The notes below the pieces were generated by a model. The model saw only the letters and a program-made list of their open reading frames with translations. It did no database searches and was not told the DNA's origin. Positions 47,545-59,839 of a stretch of DNA of 64,000 nt are shown one piece after another. The stretch comes from Psammoneis japonica (Eukaryota). Position numbers and translations under genes: made by a program. Each line of letters opens with the position of its first letter. Position 1 is the stretch's first letter. Location of the stretch: assembly GCA_008632985.1 (NCBI GenBank), contig QPGO01000106.1, positions 124,001 through 188,000 of the forward strand, given 5' to 3'.

Positions 47545-50500
47545 TTGGTGGTGTTCATGAAGATCAGTGGTGACAGCTCACCTTTGGCTCCCCATTGTTT
47601 GCAAGCACTTGCACAGTTTGAGTTTGACTTTCCTGGGGAACTCCATTTGTTCCCCTGCTGCCCTGGTTGGAGAAGCGGAGTTGACAAAATGGTCATGGAA
47701 TGGACGCTTGAATGTGCTGATGAGGGCATGGGCTCTTCTTCTGCAGCTCAAGGAGTCATTGAAGTTCTTCAGCCACATTGTCGTGCTTTTTGCAATGCGC
47801 GGTGTGTGCAACCTCAAGGCATTCCCCAATCGTGGCTTGGCTGTGCTCCAAGTGAGAAGTTGTTGATTGAAGCGCACTTCAAAATTGTGATGGACAACCA
47901 CAGCAAATCTGCTGCAGGCATCCCTGCGGCAGCTGCCAACAATGCTGCTTTCCTGCTTCTGTGGGCTGTCCACAGGAGCAATGCTGATCCCGCAGAAGCA
48001 CACAATGGAAAATGCGAGTCCTGGGTGAGACTGGCGATGGGGTGTGGGACGAGTTCCACACAGCTGAGACCAGCACAACTGGCCATTGTGCAAGTGACTC
48101 ACCCTGTGTGAAGTGTCTGTGCACCATGTGTGGCTGATTCCAAGCAAGGGCTCAAACTCCGCATGTCTCACTGTTGTGCATGCTCTGTGCAAAATGGTCT
48201 CACAATTTTGCACAACACAGAAAATCTCTGCCCAAGAACTCACACCCTGTTCCTGCACAGGTCAGGGCAGATGCACAACAGTTGAGCTTCAGCAAGATCA
48301 TGTCCATTGACACATCATGTGAGGCTCCAAAGTGGCTGGCAATTTGGAAGGAACAGCAAATGTGTGAGACACTGCTGATTGCCACCAAAGCTGAATGCTT
48401 TGAACCATTGATGGCCTTTTTTGCTTTGTCTGACAATCACGCTGAGGTGCAATCAGCATTTTTGCAGCTTGTGTCACAAGGGTTCAATCCCATTTTTGCT
48501 TTCTCTGATGTGCCCCCCTCTCTCAAGATTGTGGGATGATGGAGGAAACATCAGAATCGACATGTCAAGACATTTCCAGTGCAATGGAGTCTTTTCAGTC
48601 ATGGTGAAAAACGGCAATCTTCCAATTCTTGAGATGCAAGGAAAGCTGGAGCACCTTGCCACAAGTTAGAGTGCAATTGCTGGAGTTGACACCCTTGAAA
48701 ACTCTTTGCAAGAGACGAGTGAAGCAACTCACACCACCTCTCTCAACATTCAGCACCTTTGATGATGGCACAAGGAACAAAACACCCACCATCATGCTTG
48801 GATCACTTGCTTGTCCAAACATTCTTGTGATTCATTTGGGCAAGATGCAAAACAAACCAGAGATTTTGTTGAATTTGCAGAGCCTTTTGTCTGAAGAAGA
48901 CATTGCATTTGTTGGTGGCAACATCCGGGATGACCTTGCAAAATTGAAGAAGAGATTCAAGGATGCAGGCTTTGCCATGAGCAACTCAAGAAATCTGGAA
49001 ATGACGGCAATGCACTGTCAACTTGTTCAATGCATGAAGGGGCAACACGAAGAGTCTCATTGTGTGCCCACATGTGAGCAACATGCCTGATGATTGAGAG
49101 CGCATGATTGACACAGAAGATGAATCTTTGGAACACTTGGACAAACTTTTGGATGAGAGGGAAAGCAATGATGATGAAGGGGCTCATTTTCTGGAAGTGA
49201 TTGACCTCAAATCTGCTGACAATGAAGCAAATCTAACAGCAGCGCAGGAAATGCAATGAGCTGCAGCTAGTGGGGCAGTCCAGTCACTGCTTGAACAAGC
49301 TGCCAACAAGCCAGCAGCTCAGTTGATTGCAAGTGGTGCTGCAAATCTTGACAATGCAGCTGATGGCCAAGAATTGCTGCCACAAGTGCCGGGCAATGCT
49401 TTCCATTTTGTGTCAGGTGTGCACGCACGGGTGCTTGTTTTCCAACACTGGAAAGCCACTTTTTTGCAGCTCTGTGAGACACTGTGTTTGTCTTTGGCAA
49501 CAATGACAAAAAAGCAGTTGCTGCTGCATTGTCCAGGAAAGGAAAATTGTGGCAACATGCCATGAACCATCACAGTGTCTGAGGTTCTTTGCAGGCAGGT
49601 CAAAGTGGTGTTTGATTGCTTTCAAGACAAGATTGACTCAAAATCTCAGAAGCCACTTTTCAACTTGCAGGCCAGAGCCAAAGCTGACCAAGCCTTGTCA
49701 AGGTGGGGCAAGCTGTCGGACCCATGGGGGGCTTCATTTTGTGCTCCCAGTTTGGATGGGGTTGGAGAGCCAATGATGGACAAAGACAAACTGCAGCAGC
49801 TGCGGCATTGTTTCTGGGATGCAGGGACAGCTGAGTTGGTGGGGCATTTGCAGGGCCCAAGATCATTTGGTCAAGCCCCTGCTGTGGGACCAACACTCTC
49901 TGCATCCATGCTTCTGAATCACCATCACTGGCACAAAGAGCTGGCACACATCTGAGAGGCACTGACCAGGGTTCCCAACCACACATTGCTGCAACTCACT
50001 TTTTTGGCAAATGCAACAAACAAGTTGCTCAGATGGTTCCACAAAAGCCCCAAGCACACTGGTTGGGCAGCACATGATGAGGGAGTCACAATGACTTGGT
50101 TTTCATCTGCAGCTGTTGGTGCAGAAGCATTTGGCTGTGAAGAGAGCCAAATCCATTGTGGAGACTCATGGCCTGCTTGATGGACTTCAACCTGCCATGC
50201 ACACCTCTTGCTCACAGGGCCAAAGAAGAGCACCTGCTGTTTGAGGCACTGCTTGAACAATTGATTCAGGATGGCTGCTCCTCAGGCACACGATGAGATG
50301 CTTTCCAAATGACACATGAATTGTGAAGTCTTGCTCATGACTTCATCAAGATCCCACCTCAGCTTTTAAGAGGCAAAAGATGAAGATTTTCATGTTGGCC
50401 ACTTGATTGCTCACTGCAAACAGTGGCAAGTTAATGCAAACAAAGCATCTGCAATTGAAGAGGCCATGTGAAAGATGAAGTGCTGCAGGCACTGAAGCAC
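47545..50500 (+). pseudogene. Relic of a large protein with a 3'-5' exonuclease-like domain and a transposase-like C-terminal region
   Basis: LLSEEDIAFVGGNIRDDLAKL (WRN-exo-like), GNAFHF, DSKSQKPLFN and KLSDPWG. Heavily degenerate; family assignment is from recollection only. Confidence 0.5.
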
Positions 50501-51978
50501 AACAATGGCTTTTGGAGTTCCTGAGCCTCTTGAGAAAGAGCCGCTGTGCAGAGCAGCAGAGTCAACAGAACAAGCAGCCAACTCAGCTGAATTCCCAGAT
50601 GAACTGCCCAACAAGTCACCTGTGCAAAACTCCACTGGCAATGATGGGAGGGACCAAGCCATGGCAGCTCTCCACAGGAGGCTTGCACGGTGGCATCTGG
50701 GGCTGTCAAAGCACCTCCACAGCGACATTGCAAGTCACGCCATTTCCTGTGGCACTGTTGGCTCCATTTCAGCATGTGCAGCATTCACCATTTCCATTGT
50801 CATGCCATCTGAACCAGCAACTGGGGGTGTTCCGGCAATGCTGGTTCCCAGCAAGAAGAGAGCAAGGACCAAAAAACAATGGCAGTGTGCTGGAAGTGTC
50901 ATGACCCCCGGGCTGGAAGTGTCATGACCCCCGGTGCAAGGCACCACACACTCATGGTGCATGCAACAATGGCTGGAAATGAGTGCAGTGCTGCCACAAT
51001 TGTTGATTTCTTTCCTTTTTCTTTTCTCTCTTTTTCCCTTCTAGCCCCTCCTCCCGCTCTCTGTTCTTGCTTCAGCTCACAGGGGCAGCTCGTCAAACAG
51101 TGTGGGTAAAGCTGCACAATGGCAACGAAACAACAGCAATGGCAGATGTGATGCTGTTGCCATCAGAAGGTCACTCACACCAATGTCACAGTGTCAATCA
51201 TGCTCCAGGCAGGGAAAGTGATCAGAGTGCTTTGCATCTGTTGGATTTTCCACAAATTCACTCTCTCTTGCACTTGACATGCAGCATCTCACATGGCAGA
51301 GTCATCCTGGGCTGTGATTGCTGCCTGGCACTGCAAAAACCTTCTACAAAATTTCAGCATTCTGGGTGGGTGCATCGAAGAAGAATTTGGGAATTTGGTG
51401 GCCACCCCCCAGCACCTCCAATGATGGCTCACCAGACCAGAAGCAGTCCTGACAGAAGACCAGGACTGCAAAAGACATTGGCCAGAAGCAGTGTCAGCGG
51501 CAAGAACAACCGTTGCTGCTGCTGCATTTGATGTTGACATTGGGAACCCAAAATGATTTTCAGTTGTGCAGTGTTTCTGCCCACAAAGCTACAAATGCTG
51601 GGTTGCACTTGTTTTGCATTGCATGTGTGCTCTGACCCTGTTCATGGTTGTGGATTAAATGGCATGTCAGGCATTGTTGAAAGCTTGGCATGGGCAGCAG
51701 TCGGGAAGGGCTGTGCAAATTTCAGGACGCTCGAGTCGAGTTAATCAAAACGCTCTGCCCACACCAGGTGAAAAATTGCCCTCACAGGGCGGGCCCTTCT
51801 CATGCCGTCTTCCGTCAGCCGTCAGCCTTCAACTTCAAACTCTCGTTGTTGCTTTCGAACAGACTCTGTGGATTAAGTCTAACGTGAGAGTTGCATTTTG
51901 TGTGGGAGTAAGGGTGAGGGAAACACTTTTGCAAAAATAACTACACAGAGAGCTTGAAACAGAATCATTGACAACAAC

Positions 51979-52347
51979 ATGGCAGCGAACTATTCTGAAC
52001 GCGCACAACAACTCGGTCTTGACAGCCCCGACAAAATCAAGAGGGTGCTGGCCATGCCTAATGTGGTAATTTTGGACGTTCGAACACACGAGGAAATCGC
52101 TCAAGACAAGCACGATACAACAGACAAGAAGTGGGTTGCATCGGGCTGCACAACGGTCGAGTGTCATGCGTTGGAAACGGATCCAACCAGTATCTTGCCC
52201 GACAAGAATGCGCCCGTCGTGGTTCATTGCCGATCCGGACGACGAGCGGTACGAGCCAAACAAGTCTTGCTGGAAAAGGGATACAAGACTGTTGTCAATG
52301 CGGGTGGTCTCGAGGATATTCGAGTCTTTGATGCTCCAGAAAAGTAG
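51979..52347 (+). CDS. Single-domain rhodanese
   Basis: ILDVRTHEE, VVHCRSGRRA and NAGG motifs. Confidence 0.92.
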   Translation: MAANYSERAQQLGLDSPDKIKRVLAMPNVVILDVRTHEEIAQDKHDTTDKKWVASGCTTVECHALETDPTSILPDKNAPVVVHCRSGRRAVRAKQVLLEKGYKTVVNAGGLEDIRVFDAPEK

Positions 52348-52976
52348 TGTAGTGCGTAGAGTGGAATTATGGAATATTGCACGTGCCTCTTGATAAACCT
52401 TTGTATTTCATAAGGCTCTATAGTTGCTACCAGTCGGTATCTCTGTTTTCCAGCAAACAATGCAGTGCAGATGACCTGGTGATGAATTGTGTGCGGATCA
52501 CTCAGTGCCCCCCCGCCATCAGCGCAAAATCTTTGAACGGCATACATGAGGGATTCCAAAGAATGACCTCCCATCCAATGTCGGTATATCACATTCAAAG
52601 TGGGCCCTTTACTCTCTCTACTCTCTTAGTAATAGAGAGATAACCTTAGTCGTACCGGTAGATGCCGAAGAGTCGTCTCTCACCATTCTTGTGCGTCGGG
52701 TGGCGGATCACGACTGGACTCCAAAAAGAGAATAGAGAATTAGAGACTGATTCGATTACAAATTTTCAAAATTTTAGTGTTATTCAATTTGTCATTATTC
52801 TATTTCCTTCATGACGCACGTGCGTACGTGGTGACGAACAAAAAGATACTCAGCTTGATGTTGGTTGGCGAATGGCGAACAAAGCAAGCATCAGCATTCC
52901 ATGCCTGAAGTCTGTTGTCAGTTTGCCAAAGAGACCAAGCTTCTGTTATATTGCTAGTCAGCTCGCAAGTATTAAA

Positions 52977-54278
52977 ATGAGACTGGTACATTTTCTATGC
53001 CAACTTATCGGCCTTTCAGTGGCTTCAGCGTTTGTTCCAAACAACCCAACGTTTTTCACTGCATCTCCTTCATCTACATCGCAGTTGTTTGCATCCCCAG
53101 CAGATGAAAACGACTCTTCTTCTTCTTCTCTCGACAAATTGGAACACTCTGTCAAGACGGTCTTGTTTGGTATCGGCTTGACGCTTGCAAGTTGGAGTGG
53201 CGTTGGACTGTCGTCGACTGCTCCACAGCCTGCGTTTGCGTCGGACGGTCTCGCGATTGCCACTTGTTTGTTTCAAAAATGTCAATTACCATTGGCCAAA
53301 TGCATTGCCAATCCCAAATGTCTCGCCAATGTCATTTGCATCAACACGTGCAACGGCAAGAGGATGAGATTGGGTGCCAGATAAAGTGCGGAGACATTTT
53401 TGAAAACGATGTAGTGGGTGAATTCAACAAGTGTGCCGTATCCGACATGAGTTGTGTGCCGCGTAAAGAAGATACAGGAGAATATCCAGTCCCGCCGGCT
53501 GCCAATTTGGTTTCCAAATTTGATACAAAATTCTTTAATGAACGCTTGTACATTACGGCCGGACAGAATCCTCTCTTTGATATCTTTCCGTGTCAAGTGC
53601 ATTTCTTTACCGAAACTGAACCGGGTACCTTTTTTGGAAAACTCAATTGGCGTATTGAAGAACCCGATGGTGAATTCTTTACCCGGGATGCGTTGCAACG
53701 ATTTGTACAGATCCAAAGCAACCAGCGCATTTGATCAATCACGACAATGAATATTTGCATTATCAAGACGACTGGTGGATTGTAGACTACGCCATGGATG
53801 GCAATCCCGAGGGCGTGCCGCCGTTTGCCTTTGTCTATTACCGCGGAAGCAACGATGCGTGGGATGGATACGGTGGGGCTGTCGTGTACACTCGCGCCGC
53901 GTCCCTGCCCCAAGAGTTGTTGCCAAGGCTGCGAGAAGCAGCCAAAAAGGTGAATTTCGATTTTGACAAGGACTTTGTTCAAACCGACAACTCGTGTCCT
54001 GTACAATCCAAGGAGGAAGCCTTGCTGTTGCGAGAAAAGTTTGCCGGTAAAGTGGCGCTTCAAACAGAACAGCAATTACAAACACAAGCTGTACGAGTGC
54101 GAGGTAACGCAATCAACTCGGCGCAAGCGCAAAACTGTATATTGAGCAAAAGGTAGACCAAGCCGAAAAGGCCTTCGAAGAATTGGAGAGAAAGACGGGT
54201 GAATTTGAAAAGGAAATCGTCAAGGATGTAGGCGACTTAGAAAAGGAAGTGGTCAAGGACGTACTCGGGGGCAAGTAA
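52977..54278 (+). CDS. VDE: Violaxanthin/diadinoxanthin de-epoxidase (three apparent frameshifts)
   Basis: ASAFVP targeting motif; Cys-rich domain; lipocalin motifs (ITAGQNPLFDIFPCQ, DNEYLHYQDDW, YYRGSNDAWDGYGGA); Glu-rich tail. Confidence 0.94.
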
Positions 54279-54967
54279 TTCTGACACGCTAGTGTAGATA
54301 CTCTCTAGAAAGTCAAGCACTGCAGTACCATCTACTGTAACTAAATTCTCGTTGGTTCAAAACGAAATTACAATCATGTATGCGACCTTCACAAAATAGG
54401 TTCCTAGCAGTAGATATTTTCTGCTAAGTCTGGTAATCAAGCTTTCCGAATTTGGATCTTGCTGCGTTTGATGTTGTAAATGTCGTTATCAATTCGTCGT
54501 CGCTGAGGGATGGGCACTGCAAACGAATCGGTGAAACTTGGGCGGACGTGAAAGTTTCTCATGACAGCAAACGGATCATCTCCCTGAGGATCGTCCATAG
54601 GCAGGTATTCTTTTGGAGCTAGACTAAGGACCAAGGGAGAACAGCTGTGCGAAAACTACGGCGAACGGAGCTACTAGTACTTAGCCCATCACGGCTACGT
54701 CTTAGATAACATATCTATGATTGTGCGCTCGTTTATACTTGTCCAGTCCAATGTCGAATAGTGCAAAGAATGAAACAGGCAAGATGTTAAAACGCTTGTC
54801 AGAGAATGGCACCCTGTCTCTTGATCCTTCGTTATGAGTTGGATGCATGCACGAGCGCGCGCTTGACGTTGTTGCTGTCTCCTCTATCTTGGATCCGCAA
54901 AAGGGCCAATGCGCATGGAAGATTGACATTTGATATGGGTGGGATTTGATCGGGCAGTTCCTTGACC

Positions 54968-55144
54968 CAGGATACAGCGATATGATGTCATAGGTAAGCT
55001 TCGGGCAGAGACGTACCATGACGCAAGACAACAATCTCGAGCAGAACCCTTCGCCCTCCAGGATACAGCGATATGATGTCATAAGTAAGCTTCGGGCAGA
55101 GACGTACCATGACGCAAGACAACAATCTCGAGCAGAACCCTTCG
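54968..55144. repeat. Near-perfect tandem duplication, ~91-bp period
   Basis: CCAGGATACAGCGATATGATGTCATA...GCAGAACCCTTCG occurs twice. Confidence 0.95.
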
Positions 55145-55413
55145 TCTGGTGCAAGAGGAAGTGGCACATTCGAAGAAATGAGAAAACGGGTCAGCATCCT
55201 TCGGAGCCAGCCTGAGCATATGACTACAGTACATAGGCAAACTAAAGGGGAAATTGCGTTCTGCACACACCCCGAGATGCACCAATACCATAGCTTGGTC
55301 TATTGACTACACACGGCACGCTAGAATCGAAGACCATCTAATAGCTCAAATCGAATTGCTGTATGCTAGCATTATTTTATATATCGGAGAAACAAAATTG
55401 GGTTGGGTGATTT

Positions 55414-58099
55414 CTAGAAGGCAAACAACTTTTCCTTGTGGTGACCCAAAGCAACAAGGTTGGGCGTGCAGCCCTTGTCAATCATGATGGGTGGTCCGCA
55501 CATCAGATTGTAGACATCATCCGCAGCAGGATAGAACTGCTTCTCAAACAACGCCTTGTCGACGAAGCCCGTGGAGTACTTCCAGTTTTCGGGCCACCTA
55601 TCCGACAAGATGTAATGAACTTTGAACCTGTCGGGGAACTTCTCTGCCCACTCGTCAAGAGTAGAACGCATCAGCAAGTCATTTTTTTCACGGCAGGCAA
55701 AGATGAGGGACAATTGCGTTGTGTCCTCAGGGTGACGCAGAATTTCGGCCGCAATCTGCATTGTAGGTGTAATACCTGTACCACCGGCAACCAAGTTGAA
55801 GCGCGACGCAAAGCACTCCTCGCCATCAAGCAAGAATTTGCCGTCCTTCAGGTACTCAAACTCGCCCACTGGACCACGCATATCCAAAAAGTCTCCCACT
55901 TCCATTTTGGCCAAGTGTTGGCTCATCTTTCCTCCCTCGGGGAACCTTGGAGGTGCGGGTGGGTACTCCTTAATGACAAACTTGACGCAACCCACGTCGT
56001 AATTGGAAGAGATGGGAGTGTACCGTCTCATGACCATTTCACCATTAATAGTGGCCGACAAGAACAAGTGCTTGCCTGTTGGCAATCCGAGAATGTGTTC
56101 CGGACTCTGCAATTCAAAGTCGAGCATGTACGAATCTCTTGAAAGCTTGACCTTTTCGCGAAGACGGAAGGGAATCTTTTCTTGGGATTCAACGCAATCT
56201 TTCTACCCTGAGCGTCCAAGATATCACTGGGCTCTTCCTTCTTGCCGCCAGCAGATCCCTTGTCCAACTCTCCAATGTAGAATTTCTCAAGCATCTTTGT
56301 CGCCTTTGCAGAGTGGATGGCAACAAAGTCTTCCGTGGCGTCATCACCGGCGTTGATAATAATGGAGTCAATGCCACCGGGATGCAATTCAAGATACTCG
56401 GTGCAGTCATAGACCTTGTCCTTGACGACGATCCACGCGTCCTCTTCGGTGTTATGCTTCTCCACCTCAGCCATGGTGATGAGTTTTCCCTTAATGTCCT
56501 TGGGTGCGGGAGCAGGTTCAGCCTCCTCTGCGACTTGCAATTCCAAAGGTTTCCAAAGCCAGCAGACTTGGGCTTTCCGGCGGCTGTAGTCATCCATCCT
56601 CCCGTTTCTTGTCCCGGTTGAGTGGGATGCTCAAAGCGGAAGACGTGTTCTCCCTCTGCAGTCTTGTCCATGTGAACCTTGACGCGGAACACTTGGTTGT
56701 TTCCCATACCCATCAAGTTCCAGGTTGGCTCTGTAGGTTGGACGTTGTTAGATTCATCCCACGCACGGACCCAAATCTCCTTGCAACCAACAAAGTCAGC
56801 CACGGGAATCTTGTACGACCACCAAATCCAACACCAATACATGCCGTACTCGGTGGGGCGCTCCTTGCGGTCGAGTTCGCAGAGCTCCCAATGAACACCG
56901 CCGTCCGTGGAAATCTCAACACGGGAGATCTTGCGTCCGCCACCCGTGTAAGCGTAACCAGCCATCTCGTAGTCCTTGCCGATATTCTTGGCAATGCTCA
57001 AAGTTTCTTGGTGATCGGGTGCCGAAATGGCAGAGTTGATGTTGAGCTCGTTGAAAATGTACTCGGGTTTGTACCACCACTCTCCCTTGAGAGATTCTTC
57101 GGCCGTAATGTGGGGCGGAAGGATGCGGTTGTCATGGTAGTGGTAGTGATTCTTCGTCTCGTGCTCGATCACATTGATGGTCTTGAGCCACTTGATCATG
57201 CGTCCACCAATGTATCCGGGAATAATGAGACGGACGGGGAAACCGTGATCGGGCTGAAGGACCTCACCGTTGGCTTGGTAGGCAATAATGATATCATAGG
57301 CGGGATTCATGGCTCGTGCCAGAGGAACCGAAGTTCCATACTTGACAAGCTTGCCCCACGGCTCATCGGGAAACGGACCGGGTCCAACCTTGTTTGGAAG
57401 ATCTTCAACACCAATGAACTCAACGTGCTTGCCAGCCATGTTCCTGTCGGAGACACCAGCCTTCATGAGTAGGTCGCGAAGCATGACACCCTTCCAAACA
57501 TTGGTGGAAACACCAGAGGGTCCCCAGTTGAAACCAATGGTTTGACGAATCATGTTTTGCTCCTTGCGACGGTTTCCGGCACAGACAAGCGTCACAGGCA
57601 ACTCACGAGGTTCCATCGCGGCTAGTTCGTCCATGCTAATTTCCAAAGGAATAGGCACAAGTGGGCCACCAATGTTAATCGTGTGTTCTTCCCACGTGAG
57701 TTTGGGACATGCTCCGTGGTTGCGAACGTAGTGCATGGAGGAGGGTGTGATGAATTTGTATTTGTTGTGCACGCTAAGCGGAGGTTCAACGTTGAATGGA
57801 TGACGTCCCGTTAATCGGACAAGACGACCGTCACGCGGCACCCATTCATCAGGAGTACCGACATCACGGTAGTCAGGCATGCTCTTCAAATCCCACATGG
57901 TTGTGGCATTCTCGATCATTTCGGGTGGCGGCACTTCCCCGTCCTTGTTGAGGGCAGGCACCGGGATGGCTCGAGGGTACGGTCCATAAAGCTCGGCGCA
58001 AGTCATGTTGCTCTCATCTTTAGGCTCGTCCATCGTCTTCAAGTCTACTACTGAACCACCGCGGTTCATGTCGACCGTCATTTCTGTTTTAGGAGCCAT
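55414..58099 (-). CDS. NR: Assimilatory nitrate reductase, copy 2 (two apparent frameshifts)
   Basis: Starts MAPKTEMT. Same Moco, b5 and FAD motifs as copy 1. Frame breaks near 56550 and 56185. Confidence 0.96.
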
Positions 58100-58574
58100 A
58101 TTTGCATTCGACGTTTGAAAGAAAACGACGAAGGAAAATTGTGAGAAAAATGTGGTCGTTGGGTTGTGTCGGAGTGCCATCATGAGCGCATGACGTACTC
58201 TGGGCTGCTTCCGTGGAAACTACGGCACTTTGCACTTATTGACGTCAAAGTATTCCGAAGTACTTATGTGCCACGTCAGTACGATGTGCTCGACTTATGG
58301 ATCGAGAAGGTCCAAGTTCCGGAATTTTCCTTGTCATCGCCTGGTCGTACGCACTGTATTGGATGCCACGTACGTCGAACTTCAGTAGGATTCTACAGAA
58401 CGATACTGGAAGTTCAAGTTATGCCGTGACTGAAAAATTTGAGTCACACGTACGACAGCTGCCGCCACCCCCGCCACGACGTCTTTCGCCATGATGCCGG
58501 CACCTCCAACCTTCCGTACCATCGCATTGCATCTTCGTGAAGGAGCGATCAAAGTGCTAGGTGCGAATCACTAA

Positions 58575-59092
58575 AGACGAACTCATGGCAAACAAGATGC
58601 TGAATCGAAAAATCTACCGAACGCCGCAGCATGCAAACCTTTGCGCACCCGAGCTGCAATGTTTCGCTCATATTTTTTTTTAAAATTTTGAACTCTACTG
58701 CTGTCTATGATGTTGTCAAATTCGATAAAGAATGGTCGTCGATTGCGTTGCTTGGAACCTAACAAAATGCCACTTGCAATGTCAAGTCACTGTAACTAAT
58801 GGTAGCTACGCACTTCCTCTACGAACAAGCTGATAGCCCTGATTGCGGATAATACTCGTCTCACCTGCAAAGGCCCGACGTATCTTCCATGCCAAAAATA
58901 TCGAAAAGGCAATGAATGCTGTCTATATTCCTCCAACAAATTGATTATAAGCCCAGGCGGCGGCATGCGGAATGCCACAGCAGTCTTGCAAATCCTTTTG
59001 CCGCTTTTTCGATACCGTCTTCACTTTCACCGACCCAACCTGACTGAATGCTTGCCTCGACTTGTTTCGACGATGCAAAAGCCGCTACGGTA
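58575..59092 (-). pseudogene. Partial diverged duplicate of the 3' end of the gene at 59840
   Basis: AFASSKQVEASIQS versus AFASSEQVEASIQS, plus shared downstream sequence GTCAAATTCGATAAAGAATGG. Confidence 0.75.
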
Positions 59093-59839
59093 GCCCTGAA
59101 ACTAATCAAGTGGTGTTTTGCAGTTGTGCGCTTGTTGAAAGTTATCATTTTTTAACTCTCTCATCTCAGAATTTCAATGCCATTCAATCGCTTCTCTCTG
59201 AATAGTACGAGATTTCTCGAAGACGAGATTGCTGCGGATTAGATGGAGAGCGACTTGTTCGCCACGGTTGAAAAATCGACCGCTGCTGTTGTTAGGTGAT
59301 ACGCTCGTGCCGACAGGGAGGGCAAGCGAGAGAGTAAGATAGAAAACTGCAATGCCGTACACAACAGAGTGTTCTAGATGTTGTGAGACGATCAGAGCTA
59401 GTCTCTGGGCCGAAAAAAGTGATCGATAGCGTGTCGGAGAGGGAAGAGCAACTCCGATCTGGAGATCGTGTCGATTACAATCAACGGAAGTTCAGTCATG
59501 GTTTCCTGTAATATGATAAGTATGTAGTCTATCGGTGCAGTCATGATGAGGTTCCACAACATTTGAACCGCGCTCAGCGCGTGGTAGCTACGCGCGTATG
59601 ATCGGCATTGGCCAGGTTCGTGGAGGAGCGATCGAGTAGACTACGCTTACGAAACACAACAGACGAACTTCATGGTTCATGGAAAACATGAAGATAATTC
59701 TTTTGAAGTTTTGAACTCTACTACATGTCTATGATAGTGTCAAATTCGATAAAGAATGGACTTCGATTGCGTTGCTTGGAGCCTCAAAAAATTTGTCACT
59801 TACAATGCTTGTGCAATGTCAAGTAACAGAAGATGGTAG

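Larger units (their letters stand above)
44230..51740. other. TpA-depleted degenerate block 3
   Basis: TA is nearly absent over ~7.5 kb and ORFs are essentially Tyr-free. Boundaries are approximate. Confidence 0.9.

Noticed and set aside
50889..50934. 23-bp tandem repeat GCTGGAAGTGTCATGACCCCCGG x2
   Set aside because: Simple local duplication in degenerate DNA with no further structure.
51979..52347. Rhodanese as a Moco sulfurtransferase (MOCS3/CNX5)
   Set aside because: It is a stand-alone domain with no MoeB/E1 adenylation domain.
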